The notes under the pieces are model-generated. The model searched no databases. It was not told the DNA's origin and saw only the letters and a list, made by a program, of their open reading frames with translations. Shown here in pieces: positions 34,207 through 34,356 of a stretch of DNA of 34,356 bases. Within the stretch, counting starts at the first letter, position 1. Each line of letters opens with the position of its first letter. The stretch comes from a virus (Duplodnaviria; Caudoviricetes), in the IMG/VR virus record IMGVR_UViG_3300020043_003824, positions 1 through 34,356 of that record; one strand, given 5' to 3'. Both the position numbers and the translations under genes were made by a program.

Positions 34207-34356
34207 ATTCTCTTTTGCTTTGAGTGGTTGTAAATTCGTGTAATGCCAACACAATTTGCGTTGATTCATGTCTAACTGATCAAATGCCGCACAAGGTATG
34301 ATGTGATCAACATGCCAATATGTTCCGTAATTCTGCCATGTAATGCCTCGCTTAAA
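34165..34356 (-). CDS. C-terminal fragment of an HNH endonuclease (runs off the window)
   Basis: FKRGITWQNYGTYWHVDHIIPCAAFD...CWHYTNLQPLKAKENLSKS. Confidence 0.8.

Overview
Almost the whole genome of a tailed dsDNA phage (siphovirus-like, lambda-type head module), probably infecting a diderm host that makes little use of Shine-Dalgarno signals (inference). The + strand from 2.6 to 24.1 kb holds the late genes: GpA-type large terminase (5'-truncated), portal, ClpP/S14 protease with scaffold, capsid, two glycosyltransferases, neck and tail genes with a -1 frameshift chaperone, tape measure, fibres, lysis cassette and a phosphoesterase module. The - strand from 24.1 to 33.25 kb holds the early genes: primase-helicase, SSB-like protein, VRR-NUC nuclease, SF2 helicase, RecE-like exonuclease and a C5 cytosine methyltransferase encoded in two fully overlapping frames. 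An origin-like GTAAC/GTTAC repeat region and an HTH gene follow. The first 2.65 kb is a mosaic containing a second, closely related allele of the head genes, joined through three inversion junctions, most likely an amplification or assembly chimera. The small terminase and the terL 5' part are missing; I saw no integrase, tRNA or CRISPR. Most notable: (i) TTGACA boxes only 14-27 nt before late start codons with no usable -10 box, alongside a sigma-region-4-like HTH gene; (ii) the dual-frame methyltransferase; (iii) a glycosyltransferase-methyltransferase cassette next to the capsid gene; (iv) an optional 111-aa domain on the head protease. All calls come from reading motifs and synteny by eye; no searches were run.
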